DNA of 28,900 nt from Candidatus Aenigmatarchaeota archaeon (GTDB lineage Archaea; Aenigmatarchaeota; Aenigmatarchaeia; CG10238-14; SCSR01): the NCBI GenBank assembly GCA_049969275.1, contig JBMFPE010000002.1, positions 1-28,900 of the forward strand, written 5' to 3'. Shown one piece after another: positions 16,400-23,620 of the stretch. Both the position numbers and the translations under genes were made by a program. The notes under the pieces are model-generated. The model saw only the letters and a list, made by a program, of their open reading frames with translations. It had not been told where the DNA came from and did not search any database. Within the stretch, counting starts at the first letter, position 1; each line of letters starts with the position of its first letter.

Positions 16400-16415
16400 T
16401 GTCGCATATGCGACA
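16400..16415. repeat. Perfect 16-bp palindrome TGTCGCATATGCGACA (candidate operator)
   Basis: Reads identically on both strands, is 50% GC in an otherwise very AT-rich gap, and directly abuts ATTTAAAT. Confidence 0.85.
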
Positions 16416-16422
16416 TTTAAAT
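16415..16422 (+). promoter_or_regulatory. TATA box ATTTAAAT of the Cas2-like gene
   Basis: Centre is about 26 nt upstream of ATG 16445, the canonical archaeal spacing for a leaderless transcript. Confidence 0.6.
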
Positions 16423-16444
16423 GCACACAAACCAATAATAATTT

Positions 16445-16657
16445 ATGAAGAAAAATTTCATCATAATTTTTGATATACCAAACTCTAAAAAATCTCTTGC
16501 TAGAAAAATTCAAAGAGAATTAAACACCATCGGAGCGTGTATGTTACAAAAATCTGTTTGGAAATCTAGCAATTTAGGTGGTTTAAAAAAATTAGCTCAA
16601 AGTATCAAAAAAAACGATGGGAATGCGTTTATTTTAGAAGAAAAAGTGATTTTATGA
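16445..16657 (+). CDS. Stand-alone Cas2/VapD/PaaX-central-domain-like ferredoxin-fold protein
   Basis: IIIFDIP (compare Cas2 YDI) and LQKSVW (compare Cas2 VQxSVF and PaaX-like LQKSVW) with Cas2-like spacing. Own TATA box; ATGA overlap with acyP. Confidence 0.7.
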   Translation: MKKNFIIIFDIPNSKKSLARKIQRELNTIGACMLQKSVWKSSNLGGLKKLAQSIKKNDGNAFILEEKVIL

Positions 16658-16932
16658 AAAACGTTAGAATTCATGCTTTTGTCTCTGGTCTAGTCCAAGG
16701 AGTTAACTTTAGGTACTATACAAAGAAGTTTGCAGAAGGTTTGGGAATAGGTGGCTGGGTTAGAAATTTAAAAGACGGAAGAGTGGAAGTTCTAGCAGAA
16801 GGAAGCGAGGTAAGAATAAAACATTTCCTTGATTTTTTGAAAAAGGGACCTCCTGGTTCTAAAGTGATAAACGTTGAAGTAAACGAAGAAGAGTATAAGG
16901 GTGAGTTTAAGTTCTTCGATATTTTGTATTAA
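16654..16932 (+). CDS. acyP: Acylphosphatase
   Basis: VSGLVQGVNFR (catalytic Arg) and GWVRNLKDGRVEVLAEG (catalytic Asn). Confidence 0.95.
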   Translation: MKNVRIHAFVSGLVQGVNFRYYTKKFAEGLGIGGWVRNLKDGRVEVLAEGSEVRIKHFLDFLKKGPPGSKVINVEVNEEEYKGEFKFFDILY

Positions 16933-17219
16933 ATTTTCTTGAGAAGTTCCAACATTATCTTGTTTCTCAACTCAGAATCTCTTAGCGCTTCTTCTATAAG
17001 TTTTTCCTTGAAACTCTTTATGTCTAAAGAAGAAAAGATAATTTCTGCGATTTTTTTAGTTACTTCTTCGTTATTCCTTGCAGCCTCTACGAGCGAAGCC
17101 AATGTTTTTTCACTTATATCATTGGTTTTAACCTCTTCTTTCTTCTCTTGAGTTTCTTCAAAAGTTATTTTGACTTTTGCCGGAACTTCTTCCTTTCTTG
17201 GGATTTTTATCTCTGGCAT
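16929..17219 (-). CDS. Hypothetical charged alpha-helical protein (96 aa)
   Basis: ATG start, K/E-rich like neighbouring genes, TATA about 25 nt upstream, TTAA stop overlap with acyP. Confidence 0.7.
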   Translation of the reverse strand: MPEIKIPRKEEVPAKVKITFEETQEKKEEVKTNDISEKTLASLVEAARNNEEVTKKIAEIIFSSLDIKSFKEKLIEEALRDSELRNKIMLELLKKI

Positions 17220-17240
17220 AACAAAAAAATAAACAATTAA

Positions 17241-17248
17241 ATTTAAAT
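17241..17248. promoter_or_regulatory. Palindromic TATA box ATTTAAAT symmetrically placed between two divergent hypothetical genes
   Basis: Centre 17244.5 is 25.5 nt from ATG 17219 (minus) and 27.5 nt from ATG 17272 (plus). Confidence 0.6.
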
Positions 17249-17271
17249 CCTTATCTATTTTTCTATTGCTT

Positions 17272-17496
17272 ATGGAAGATTATTCGCTAGATAACGTGAT
17301 AGACCTTTTGAACAAAATGAATCTTTTAGACCCTTTTGTAAAAGAATTAGTTTTGAAAGTGAAGAAAGATGAAAGATTTTTTAACGAATTTATAGGTTTT
17401 TTGAAAAGGTCTGGGAAAAGAGAAATAATCCTAAGAATAGTGAAGAAAAACCTTTTAGATTCTTGCAAGGATTTGAAGTTTAGCGAACAGCTTTAG
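17272..17496 (+). CDS. Hypothetical helical protein (74 aa; start re-set from TTG 17266 to ATG 17272)
   Basis: Fills the gap, has a TATA at canonical distance, amphipathic helical composition. Confidence 0.6.
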   Translation: MEDYSLDNVIDLLNKMNLLDPFVKELVLKVKKDERFFNEFIGFLKRSGKREIILRIVKKNLLDSCKDLKFSEQL

Positions 17497-18148
17497 CAAA
17501 TTCCTCTAAAGCCTTTCTTGGGTTTTTTGCCTTCACTATTCCTGAAGCAACCAAAACTCCTTCTGTCCCTAACTCCAAAGCTTTTTTCACATCTTCCCCA
17601 CTAGTTATTCCTGCTCCACAAAGAATTTTTATTTCTCTGTCGATCTTGTAGATTTCTTCTACAAATTCTTTAACACTATCAGGCTTTACTTTTGAGATAG
17701 CATTCCCACTTCCTATTAGTACAGGGTCTTCGTAAGCTATAAAATCTGGTTTAAAGTTTGCTATCGCTTTCCCTTTTTCAAGACTGTCAGCACAAACTAC
17801 TGAAATTAGCTTGTACTTTCTGAGTAGTTCCACACATTTTTCTATTTCCTCTAACCTAAGCTTTCTTTCTGAATGATTTATCAAGCTCCCTTTTACTCCA
17901 GCCTCCTTTAAAGCAAGCGGAGAAACATGGCCTGTATAAGCTCCGTGTTCTATAAAATCCACATGCTGAGCAAAAACTGGTATGTTAACTTTTCTTGCAA
18001 GGTAAAGGTCGGTAAATTGTGGGGAAATAGCTATGTTAATTTTATAGCTACTTGCAACTTTCTCGCAAATTTTTGCTAGTCTCAAAGCATTTTTTCCTGT
18101 AGCTTCTTTGTAGCACTTAAAGTTGACAAGTACTAATGGAAGTTTCAT
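17480..18148 (-). CDS. tpiA: Triosephosphate isomerase, archaeal type
   Basis: LVNFKCY, AQHVD, GAYTGH, LINHSER, AYEDPVLIGSG, LCGAGI and GVLVASG. Confidence 0.96.
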   Translation of the reverse strand: MKLPLVLVNFKCYKEATGKNALRLAKICEKVASSYKINIAISPQFTDLYLARKVNIPVFAQHVDFIEHGAYTGHVSPLALKEAGVKGSLINHSERKLRLEEIEKCVELLRKYKLISVVCADSLEKGKAIANFKPDFIAYEDPVLIGSGNAISKVKPDSVKEFVEEIYKIDREIKILCGAGITSGEDVKKALELGTEGVLVASGIVKAKNPRKALEEFAKAVR

Positions 18149-18198
18149 TCTCTCTTATTATTAATTGGGATTTTGTTAAAAAATGTTTAGCAAAAATT

Positions 18199-18206
18199 TT
18201 TAAATA
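18199..18206 (+). promoter_or_regulatory. TATA box TTTAAATA (A-rich BRE-like run upstream) for fbp
   Basis: AAAAATTTTTAAATA; centre about 25 nt upstream of ATG 18227. Confidence 0.55.
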
Positions 18207-18226
18207 AGGAAATGAAAGTAAAAAAT

Positions 18227-19321
18227 ATGATTACTATAAGCTTGATTAAAGCCGATGTTGGAAGTCTAGTCGGTCACGGAAGGGTTCACCCTGACTTAAT
18301 TGAAACAGCAAAGGAGTGCTTACAAAAAGCTAAGGACGAAAATCTGTTAATAGATTTTTTTGTAACTAATTGTGGAGATGATTTGGAATTGATAATGACT
18401 CATCAAAAGTTTATAGAAAACCCAGAGGTTCACAAGCTCGCTTTTGATACCTTCATGAAATGTGCAGAAGTTGCTAAATCTCTAAAGCTTTACGGGGCAG
18501 GTCAAGATTTATTAAAAACAGCTTTTTCTGGCAACATAAAAGGTATGGGCCCAGGAGTTTGTGAAATGGCTTTTGAAGAGAGAAAGAGCGAACCAATAGT
18601 TTGTTTTATGGCAGATAAAACTGAGCCAGGAGCCTGGAATATGCCGTTGTATAAAATTTTTGCTGACCCTTTCAACACCCCAGGTCTAGTTATAGACCCT
18701 AGCATGCACTCAGGTTTTTCGTTTGAAGTCCATGATTTATTCGAGCATAAGAAAATAAGGTTTGTTGCTCCTGCTGAAATATACGACTTGCTTGTTTTTA
18801 TAGGAGCTCCTGCAAGATATTGCATAAAATCTGTTTTTAGAAATTCTGATAACGAAATAGCAGCAGTTTCTTCTACTGATAGATTAAGTCTAATAGCAGG
18901 TCATTACGTTGGAAAAGATGACCCTGCGCTAATTGTAAGGGCTCAGTCAGGTTTCCCAGCAATAGGAGAAATTTTGGAGCCTTTCGCATTTCCTTATTTA
19001 GTGGCTGGGGGGATGCGTGGTTCACATAACGTTCCGTTCATGCCTGTTAGTCTTAAAGATGCTCATCCCACTCGCTTTGATGCGCCTGCAAGAGTTATAG
19101 CCTTAGGCTTTCAGCTTAACAACGGAAAGCTGGAAGGACCTGTTGATTTGTTTGACGACCCTGCCTTTGATTTAGCAAGGCAAAAATGTAATGAAATTAT
19201 GGACTATATAAGAAAGCATGGAACTTTTGAGCCTCATCGTTTGCCTCTAGACGAGATGGAATATACAACCCTTCCTGAAGTTAGGAAAAAATTAGAAGCC
19301 AGGTTTGAAAAATTGGTTTAA
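18227..19321 (+). CDS. fbp: Bifunctional fructose-1,6-bisphosphate aldolase/phosphatase (FBPase class V); ATG 18227 preferred, ATG 18212 possible
   Basis: TISLIKADVG, GH..VHP, GDD, YGAGQDLL, GPG, ADKTEPGA, YVGKDDP (Schiff-base Lys), GGMRGSH and EMEYT. Confidence 0.96.
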   Translation: MITISLIKADVGSLVGHGRVHPDLIETAKECLQKAKDENLLIDFFVTNCGDDLELIMTHQKFIENPEVHKLAFDTFMKCAEVAKSLKLYGAGQDLLKTAFSGNIKGMGPGVCEMAFEERKSEPIVCFMADKTEPGAWNMPLYKIFADPFNTPGLVIDPSMHSGFSFEVHDLFEHKKIRFVAPAEIYDLLVFIGAPARYCIKSVFRNSDNEIAAVSSTDRLSLIAGHYVGKDDPALIVRAQSGFPAIGEILEPFAFPYLVAGGMRGSHNVPFMPVSLKDAHPTRFDAPARVIALGFQLNNGKLEGPVDLFDDPAFDLARQKCNEIMDYIRKHGTFEPHRLPLDEMEYTTLPEVRKKLEARFEKLV

Positions 19322-20565
19322 TGTTTCTTAAGAAGATCAGTTAAAACTCTTGCCTTAAAATCTGAGATTATGCTCATGAAATTTACAAACCCATCCTGAG
19401 GAGTTGGGAAGCAGGAGAAGTACTTATGTACATCCCCATCTCCCCACCATTTTGTGCAGCAATAATACAGATGGTCGCTAATTTGCAAAAGTCTCCAGAT
19501 TCTTGTCAGCTCAGGGTTGTTAACTCTTTTTATCGCCTTTTCAAGGTTTTTTAATTCCTCAAAACAAACCTGTTGCATCCTATTGCCAAGCCAGGCAGAA
19601 GTGTCTCTTTCCATGTCAGCCCAGGAAATTGTGTTAAACTCAAAAACATCTATCTCTCCTACTGGCTCATACTTTTCAACTATTTCACTAGGGGTACAAA
19701 ACTCTAGGCTTTCGTACTTTAAAACTTCGTAAGGTAAGGATTTCAAAAACCAAAAAATTCCAGATTCAGGCCATTGATGCTCACCAAAAGTCTCGTAATC
19801 CATAAAAAGGTTTATGCACTGACCAGGAGTTGCAGCAAGCCAAGCAGCGTACTTATCAGCAGTTAAAGGCCACTGATCCCAATTTTTTGAGGAAAACCTA
19901 TAGCCAACATCATCACTAAGTCTGTAATTCCTTAGCAAAACTTTTATCCTGTTTTCTGGTCTTGGGTCGTTCGGGAAGGAATATTTCCTTGCATAAACAT
20001 AATTTGGGCTTCTCCACCCCAAAATTTTCTCTGTTCCTTCTGTGAAAATCCCTTTAAAACCTAAATCTTCAACTATTTTTGCTATCAAGTTGTTGTAAAT
20101 CATCTCTGTGTTCACAAAAACTTTTGGTTTAAAGTTTAACAAATCCTTAATAGTTTGAGAATGCATTTTAACTTGCTCTATAAATTCATCCTTTTGTTCA
20201 AAAAGACTTGCTAGAGAATGGTAATAAGTTTCTCCTAAAAATTCAACACATTTTGTTTCTGCCAACTGTTTAAAACTATCGATCAAATCTTTCTGGAACA
20301 TCTCGCACAATTCAAGAAAAACTCCTGTTATAGAAAAGGCTACCTTAAACTTCTTCTTTTCATTTTTTAAGTTATCTATAAGCTCCAGTAAAATTTTGTT
20401 TGTTGGATAGTAGCACCTGGCAGCAACTCTATCAAAAACATACTTGTCTAAACCATGGTTGAAATAGTTTGAGAAAGCCTCACTGTTGTTTACTATTCCG
20501 TTTGACTGGAAGTTTGTAAGCCTAAAGGGCTGGTGAACCTGAAAACACAAACTTATCGAAGTCAT
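19318..20565 (-). CDS. GH57 alpha-amylase-like glycoside hydrolase
   Basis: FQVHQP, GETYYHSL, NTEMIYN (nucleophile Glu), LRNYRLSDD, FMDYETFGEHQW (acid/base Asp), SWAD and SDHLYY. Confidence 0.93.
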   Translation of the reverse strand: MTSISLCFQVHQPFRLTNFQSNGIVNNSEAFSNYFNHGLDKYVFDRVAARCYYPTNKILLELIDNLKNEKKKFKVAFSITGVFLELCEMFQKDLIDSFKQLAETKCVEFLGETYYHSLASLFEQKDEFIEQVKMHSQTIKDLLNFKPKVFVNTEMIYNNLIAKIVEDLGFKGIFTEGTEKILGWRSPNYVYARKYSFPNDPRPENRIKVLLRNYRLSDDVGYRFSSKNWDQWPLTADKYAAWLAATPGQCINLFMDYETFGEHQWPESGIFWFLKSLPYEVLKYESLEFCTPSEIVEKYEPVGEIDVFEFNTISWADMERDTSAWLGNRMQQVCFEELKNLEKAIKRVNNPELTRIWRLLQISDHLYYCCTKWWGDGDVHKYFSCFPTPQDGFVNFMSIISDFKARVLTDLLKKH

Positions 20566-20628
20566 GTATATTATTAATAAAGCTTTTATAAATAAAGTTA
20601 ATGTTTTAAGAAAAAGAGAAAATTATAT

Positions 20629-22620
20629 ATGAGCTTTTTAATCGCAAAAGACCTCTTTAAAAATTCTTACATACTGGCTGGAAAAAAACTATTCTTCCAC
20701 AGATATTGTGACACAGGGTTTAAAACAAAATGGACTGGCCTATGGCAAAACTCAAGAAAATTTTTAGACTATTTTAGTTTTAAAATAAACGGGACATGGC
20801 TTTCCCCAGAAAACTGTAAAAGTTTTGAAATGGGTGAAATAGACGCAACCCATTTTTTCAAGTTGGACGGAATAGAAGTAAAAGAATTTCTACAAGTTCC
20901 AGAAAACTTAAATTCTTTCGTCTGTTTGCTAACCGTTCAAAACAAATCTAAAAAAGAGGAAAAAGTAAAACTTGAGGCTGAGCTTGCTGTTAACATAAGA
21001 GATATGGAAGAGAATTGGCATAACAGAGTTTATTTAGCAAAGTTTCAAGACAATAAAATAATAGTTGAGTCTGAGAAAGGCTGTTTGATTTTTGGAAGTT
21101 CTCCGGCCGGAAGCTTTACCTCCAACCCAAACTATAAAGAACATTATCCTTCTGGTGAAAAGCAGAGATGCTTTATACCAGGAAATTATTTTTTAGAGTT
21201 TAGCCTTGCCCCAGAATCTTCAAAAGAAATTTTTTTCATTTTTTCTTTAGGAAACGAAGAAGTTGAAGCTTTAGCAGAATATGAAAAGACCAAAACTTCT
21301 TTATTTTCCTTATTTTTCGAAAAGGAGAAAAAATATCAAGAGATCTTTAGCATGGCAAGATTTTATTCCGGCTTGGAGGAATTGGACGAACTGTTCAAGT
21401 GGAGTACAATTAACCTTGAAAAGCTTGCTTTTAACTCTAAGCTTGGTTTTGGCTACTTTGCTGGTTATCCTTGGTTCACCCAATTTTGGGGAAGGGATTC
21501 TGGTTGGATAATTCCTGCTGTTATAGATTTAGGAAAATTTGAAGAAGCAAAAGAAGCGTTAAAAACTCTTTCAAACTTTCAGTCAGATGAAGGGAAAATC
21601 CCAAACACAATCTATACAAACGGAAAAGTTGATTACAACTCAGCAGATTCAACCCTCCTTTGGATAATTGCCTTAAACCATTATTTAAAGAATTCTGGTG
21701 ATCTAGCTTTTATCAAAAGTTTGAAGAAAAACTTTTTCAAGGCTTTAGAGTGGATTAGGTCAAAGGAAGATAAGAATGGTTTTTTGGAACATGGGGAAAA
21801 GGAAACTTGGATGGACACTTTAGAAAGAAAAAAAGCAGTAGAAATTCAAGCTATGCTAATAGCTTCTTTAAAGGCTGCTTCAGAAATTTCCAAAATTTTC
21901 TGGAAGGATGATAAAGAACTCTGGCAAAAAGCTGTTAAAATCGAGAAAAATTTTGAAAAAGTTTTTTGGGACGAAAAAGAAGGGTTTTACCTGGATTTTA
22001 TTAAAGAAAGAAAGGTAAGAAGTATAAATTCAATTTTTCCATTATTTTTTGGTATATCAAAAAACCCGAAAAAAGTTTTGAAAGTTATAGAAAGTGAAGA
22101 ATTTACTTCGAGCTATGGGGTAAGAACCATCTCAAAAAATGATGTCGATTATAATCCGGCAGGTTACCATAACGGAAGTTCTTGGGGTTGGGTCGTTGGT
22201 TTGGTTGCTTGTTCAGAATTTAAAAATAAAAACTATAAAAAAGGTTTAGAATACCTAAAAATTTTATCCAATAATTTGAACCAAGCCTGTGTTAAAAGTT
22301 TAGGCGAGGCTTGGAATTCTGATAATAATGATGTAAACCTTTGGAAGGTTAGTTTTTCTGAACCTGGAGCATGCTTGCAAGGTTGGAGCTCTGCTTTAGT
22401 TGTTAGGTGTGTAGATGAATTTTTGCTTGGGATGAAATTTGATGCTAAAGAAAGGACAGTATTTTTATCGCCCTCTCTTTGGCCTGGAGCAAAAATTTTA
22501 AGGAGGAAAAGAATAGGGAACGATTTTGTCGATTTTACTATAAAAAGAATAAGAAATAAAGTAGAAGTTAGCTATAAAAGTGAGAATAACTTGAAGTATA
22601 AGATAATTCTTCATCCCTAA
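20629..22620 (+). CDS. Amylo-alpha-1,6-glucosidase (glycogen debranching enzyme, GH133-like)
   Basis: AGYPWF..FWGRD, GKIPN, YNSADSTL, TWMDT, VEIQA, YHNG..WGW and QGWS. Confidence 0.9.
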   Translation: MSFLIAKDLFKNSYILAGKKLFFHRYCDTGFKTKWTGLWQNSRKFLDYFSFKINGTWLSPENCKSFEMGEIDATHFFKLDGIEVKEFLQVPENLNSFVCLLTVQNKSKKEEKVKLEAELAVNIRDMEENWHNRVYLAKFQDNKIIVESEKGCLIFGSSPAGSFTSNPNYKEHYPSGEKQRCFIPGNYFLEFSLAPESSKEIFFIFSLGNEEVEALAEYEKTKTSLFSLFFEKEKKYQEIFSMARFYSGLEELDELFKWSTINLEKLAFNSKLGFGYFAGYPWFTQFWGRDSGWIIPAVIDLGKFEEAKEALKTLSNFQSDEGKIPNTIYTNGKVDYNSADSTLLWIIALNHYLKNSGDLAFIKSLKKNFFKALEWIRSKEDKNGFLEHGEKETWMDTLERKKAVEIQAMLIASLKAASEISKIFWKDDKELWQKAVKIEKNFEKVFWDEKEGFYLDFIKERKVRSINSIFPLFFGISKNPKKVLKVIESEEFTSSYGVRTISKNDVDYNPAGYHNGSSWGWVVGLVACSEFKNKNYKKGLEYLKILSNNLNQACVKSLGEAWNSDNNDVNLWKVSFSEPGACLQGWSSALVVRCVDEFLLGMKFDAKERTVFLSPSLWPGAKILRRKRIGNDFVDFTIKRIRNKVEVSYKSENNLKYKIILHP

Positions 22621-22820
22621 ACAAGCTTGTAGAGTGTCCCTTTTTTATCGCTGATTATTTCTATTTTCCCCTCTCTTCCAAGCCATCCTAATGCCCCGTA
22701 AACCTCGTTTATTTTGAGCTTGGCTTCTTTTGCTATCGCGTTTGCTGTTAAAGGTCCTTTTGCTTTCAAAACTCCCCAAACTTTCCCTGCATTAACACCA
22801 AAAACTTCTTCTGGTTTCAT
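22617..22820 (-). CDS. Small winged helix-turn-helix protein, DUF2582-like
   Basis: GVNAGKVWGVL and ALGWLGREGKI match the G.NAG.VW..L / A.GWL.RE.KI pattern of this family. Confidence 0.8.
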   Translation of the reverse strand: MKPEEVFGVNAGKVWGVLKAKGPLTANAIAKEAKLKINEVYGALGWLGREGKIEIISDKKGTLYKLV

Positions 22821-22825
22821 AAATA

Positions 22826-23587
22826 TTAGGTTTGATTTCCTATAAAATAAATTTTTTCATTTTTGAAAGGGTCGAGAAGGATTTCTTTTAACTTTTCTGG
22901 GTCTTTTTCAAGTAGCTTTAAAAGGTTAGTCTTTCTTTTTATTTTTTCGACTAGAGTATACTTACAACCCTTAAAATTTGGGTTTTCTTTGATTTTTAAT
23001 TCATCTTTTTCAAGGAAAAGGTGAAAGGGAAAACCTTTATTTTTGATAGAAGCATAATCATGGCCTGCAGCTTCAGGATAAAAAGTTGCAAAAAGGACGT
23101 CTTTCTTCCAACAAACAGTCCTATGATAGAATTTTGGATGAATAAAAACTGAATCTTTTTCCTTAAGTTTTATTATAAAAGTTTTGAAAGTCTGTTTTTC
23201 TGTTAGAATAAGAAAACAATTGTTTTTTAAAACATAGTAAGCCTCTCCACAATAGGTTTCATGAGCATGCCCATAAGTTGAGAAAAGCTCACCTTCACTA
23301 GAATCAGAGTAAACACCGAATTTAAGTAAAGTTAGGTCAGAAGCGATTCTTGTTTTCTCAAAAATATCCTTAAAATTTTCTAAACTTTTCCAAAGGTTGT
23401 ACTGTTCATAAACTACCAAATCACCTTTAGCTTCTACCATTTTTTCTGCATTTTTTAAGTCAAGGATGACTCTATCTCGAATCAGTTGGGAAGCAAACCT
23501 TTTCCACCCTTCAACACTTTGCTTAAAAGTTAGGCTTAAAGTTTTATCCTTTTCCCTTAAGCTATAGCCAAAATTCAACTTAACCAT
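22826..23587 (-). CDS. pgi: Cupin-type glucose-6-phosphate isomerase
   Basis: TYGHAH..E.YYVL and P..YHRT metal-binding cupin motifs (His, His, Glu, His), YASIKNKG; sugar-cluster context. Confidence 0.78.
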   Translation of the reverse strand: MVKLNFGYSLREKDKTLSLTFKQSVEGWKRFASQLIRDRVILDLKNAEKMVEAKGDLVVYEQYNLWKSLENFKDIFEKTRIASDLTLLKFGVYSDSSEGELFSTYGHAHETYCGEAYYVLKNNCFLILTEKQTFKTFIIKLKEKDSVFIHPKFYHRTVCWKKDVLFATFYPEAAGHDYASIKNKGFPFHLFLEKDELKIKENPNFKGCKYTLVEKIKRKTNLLKLLEKDPEKLKEILLDPFKNEKIYFIGNQT

Positions 23588-23620
23588 ATTTTAAAATTAT
23601 CAAGAATTAAAATAAATCAT
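23588..23620. promoter_or_regulatory. 33-nt interlocked divergent promoter (pgi / second GH57)
   Basis: TTTTAAAA at 23589-23596 is about 28 nt from ATG 23621. The opposite-strand TTTATTTTAA near 23608-23617 is about 25 nt from ATG 23587. Confidence 0.5.

Noticed and set aside
16379-16657. A bona fide CRISPR-Cas locus around the Cas2-like gene
   Set aside because: No repeat-spacer array and no cas1 or effector genes in the window; only a single repeat-like element, reported as a finding.
18212-18226. Upstream ATG of fbp (MKVKN extension)
   Set aside because: TATA spacing and the family N-terminus favour ATG 18227; kept only as an alternative.
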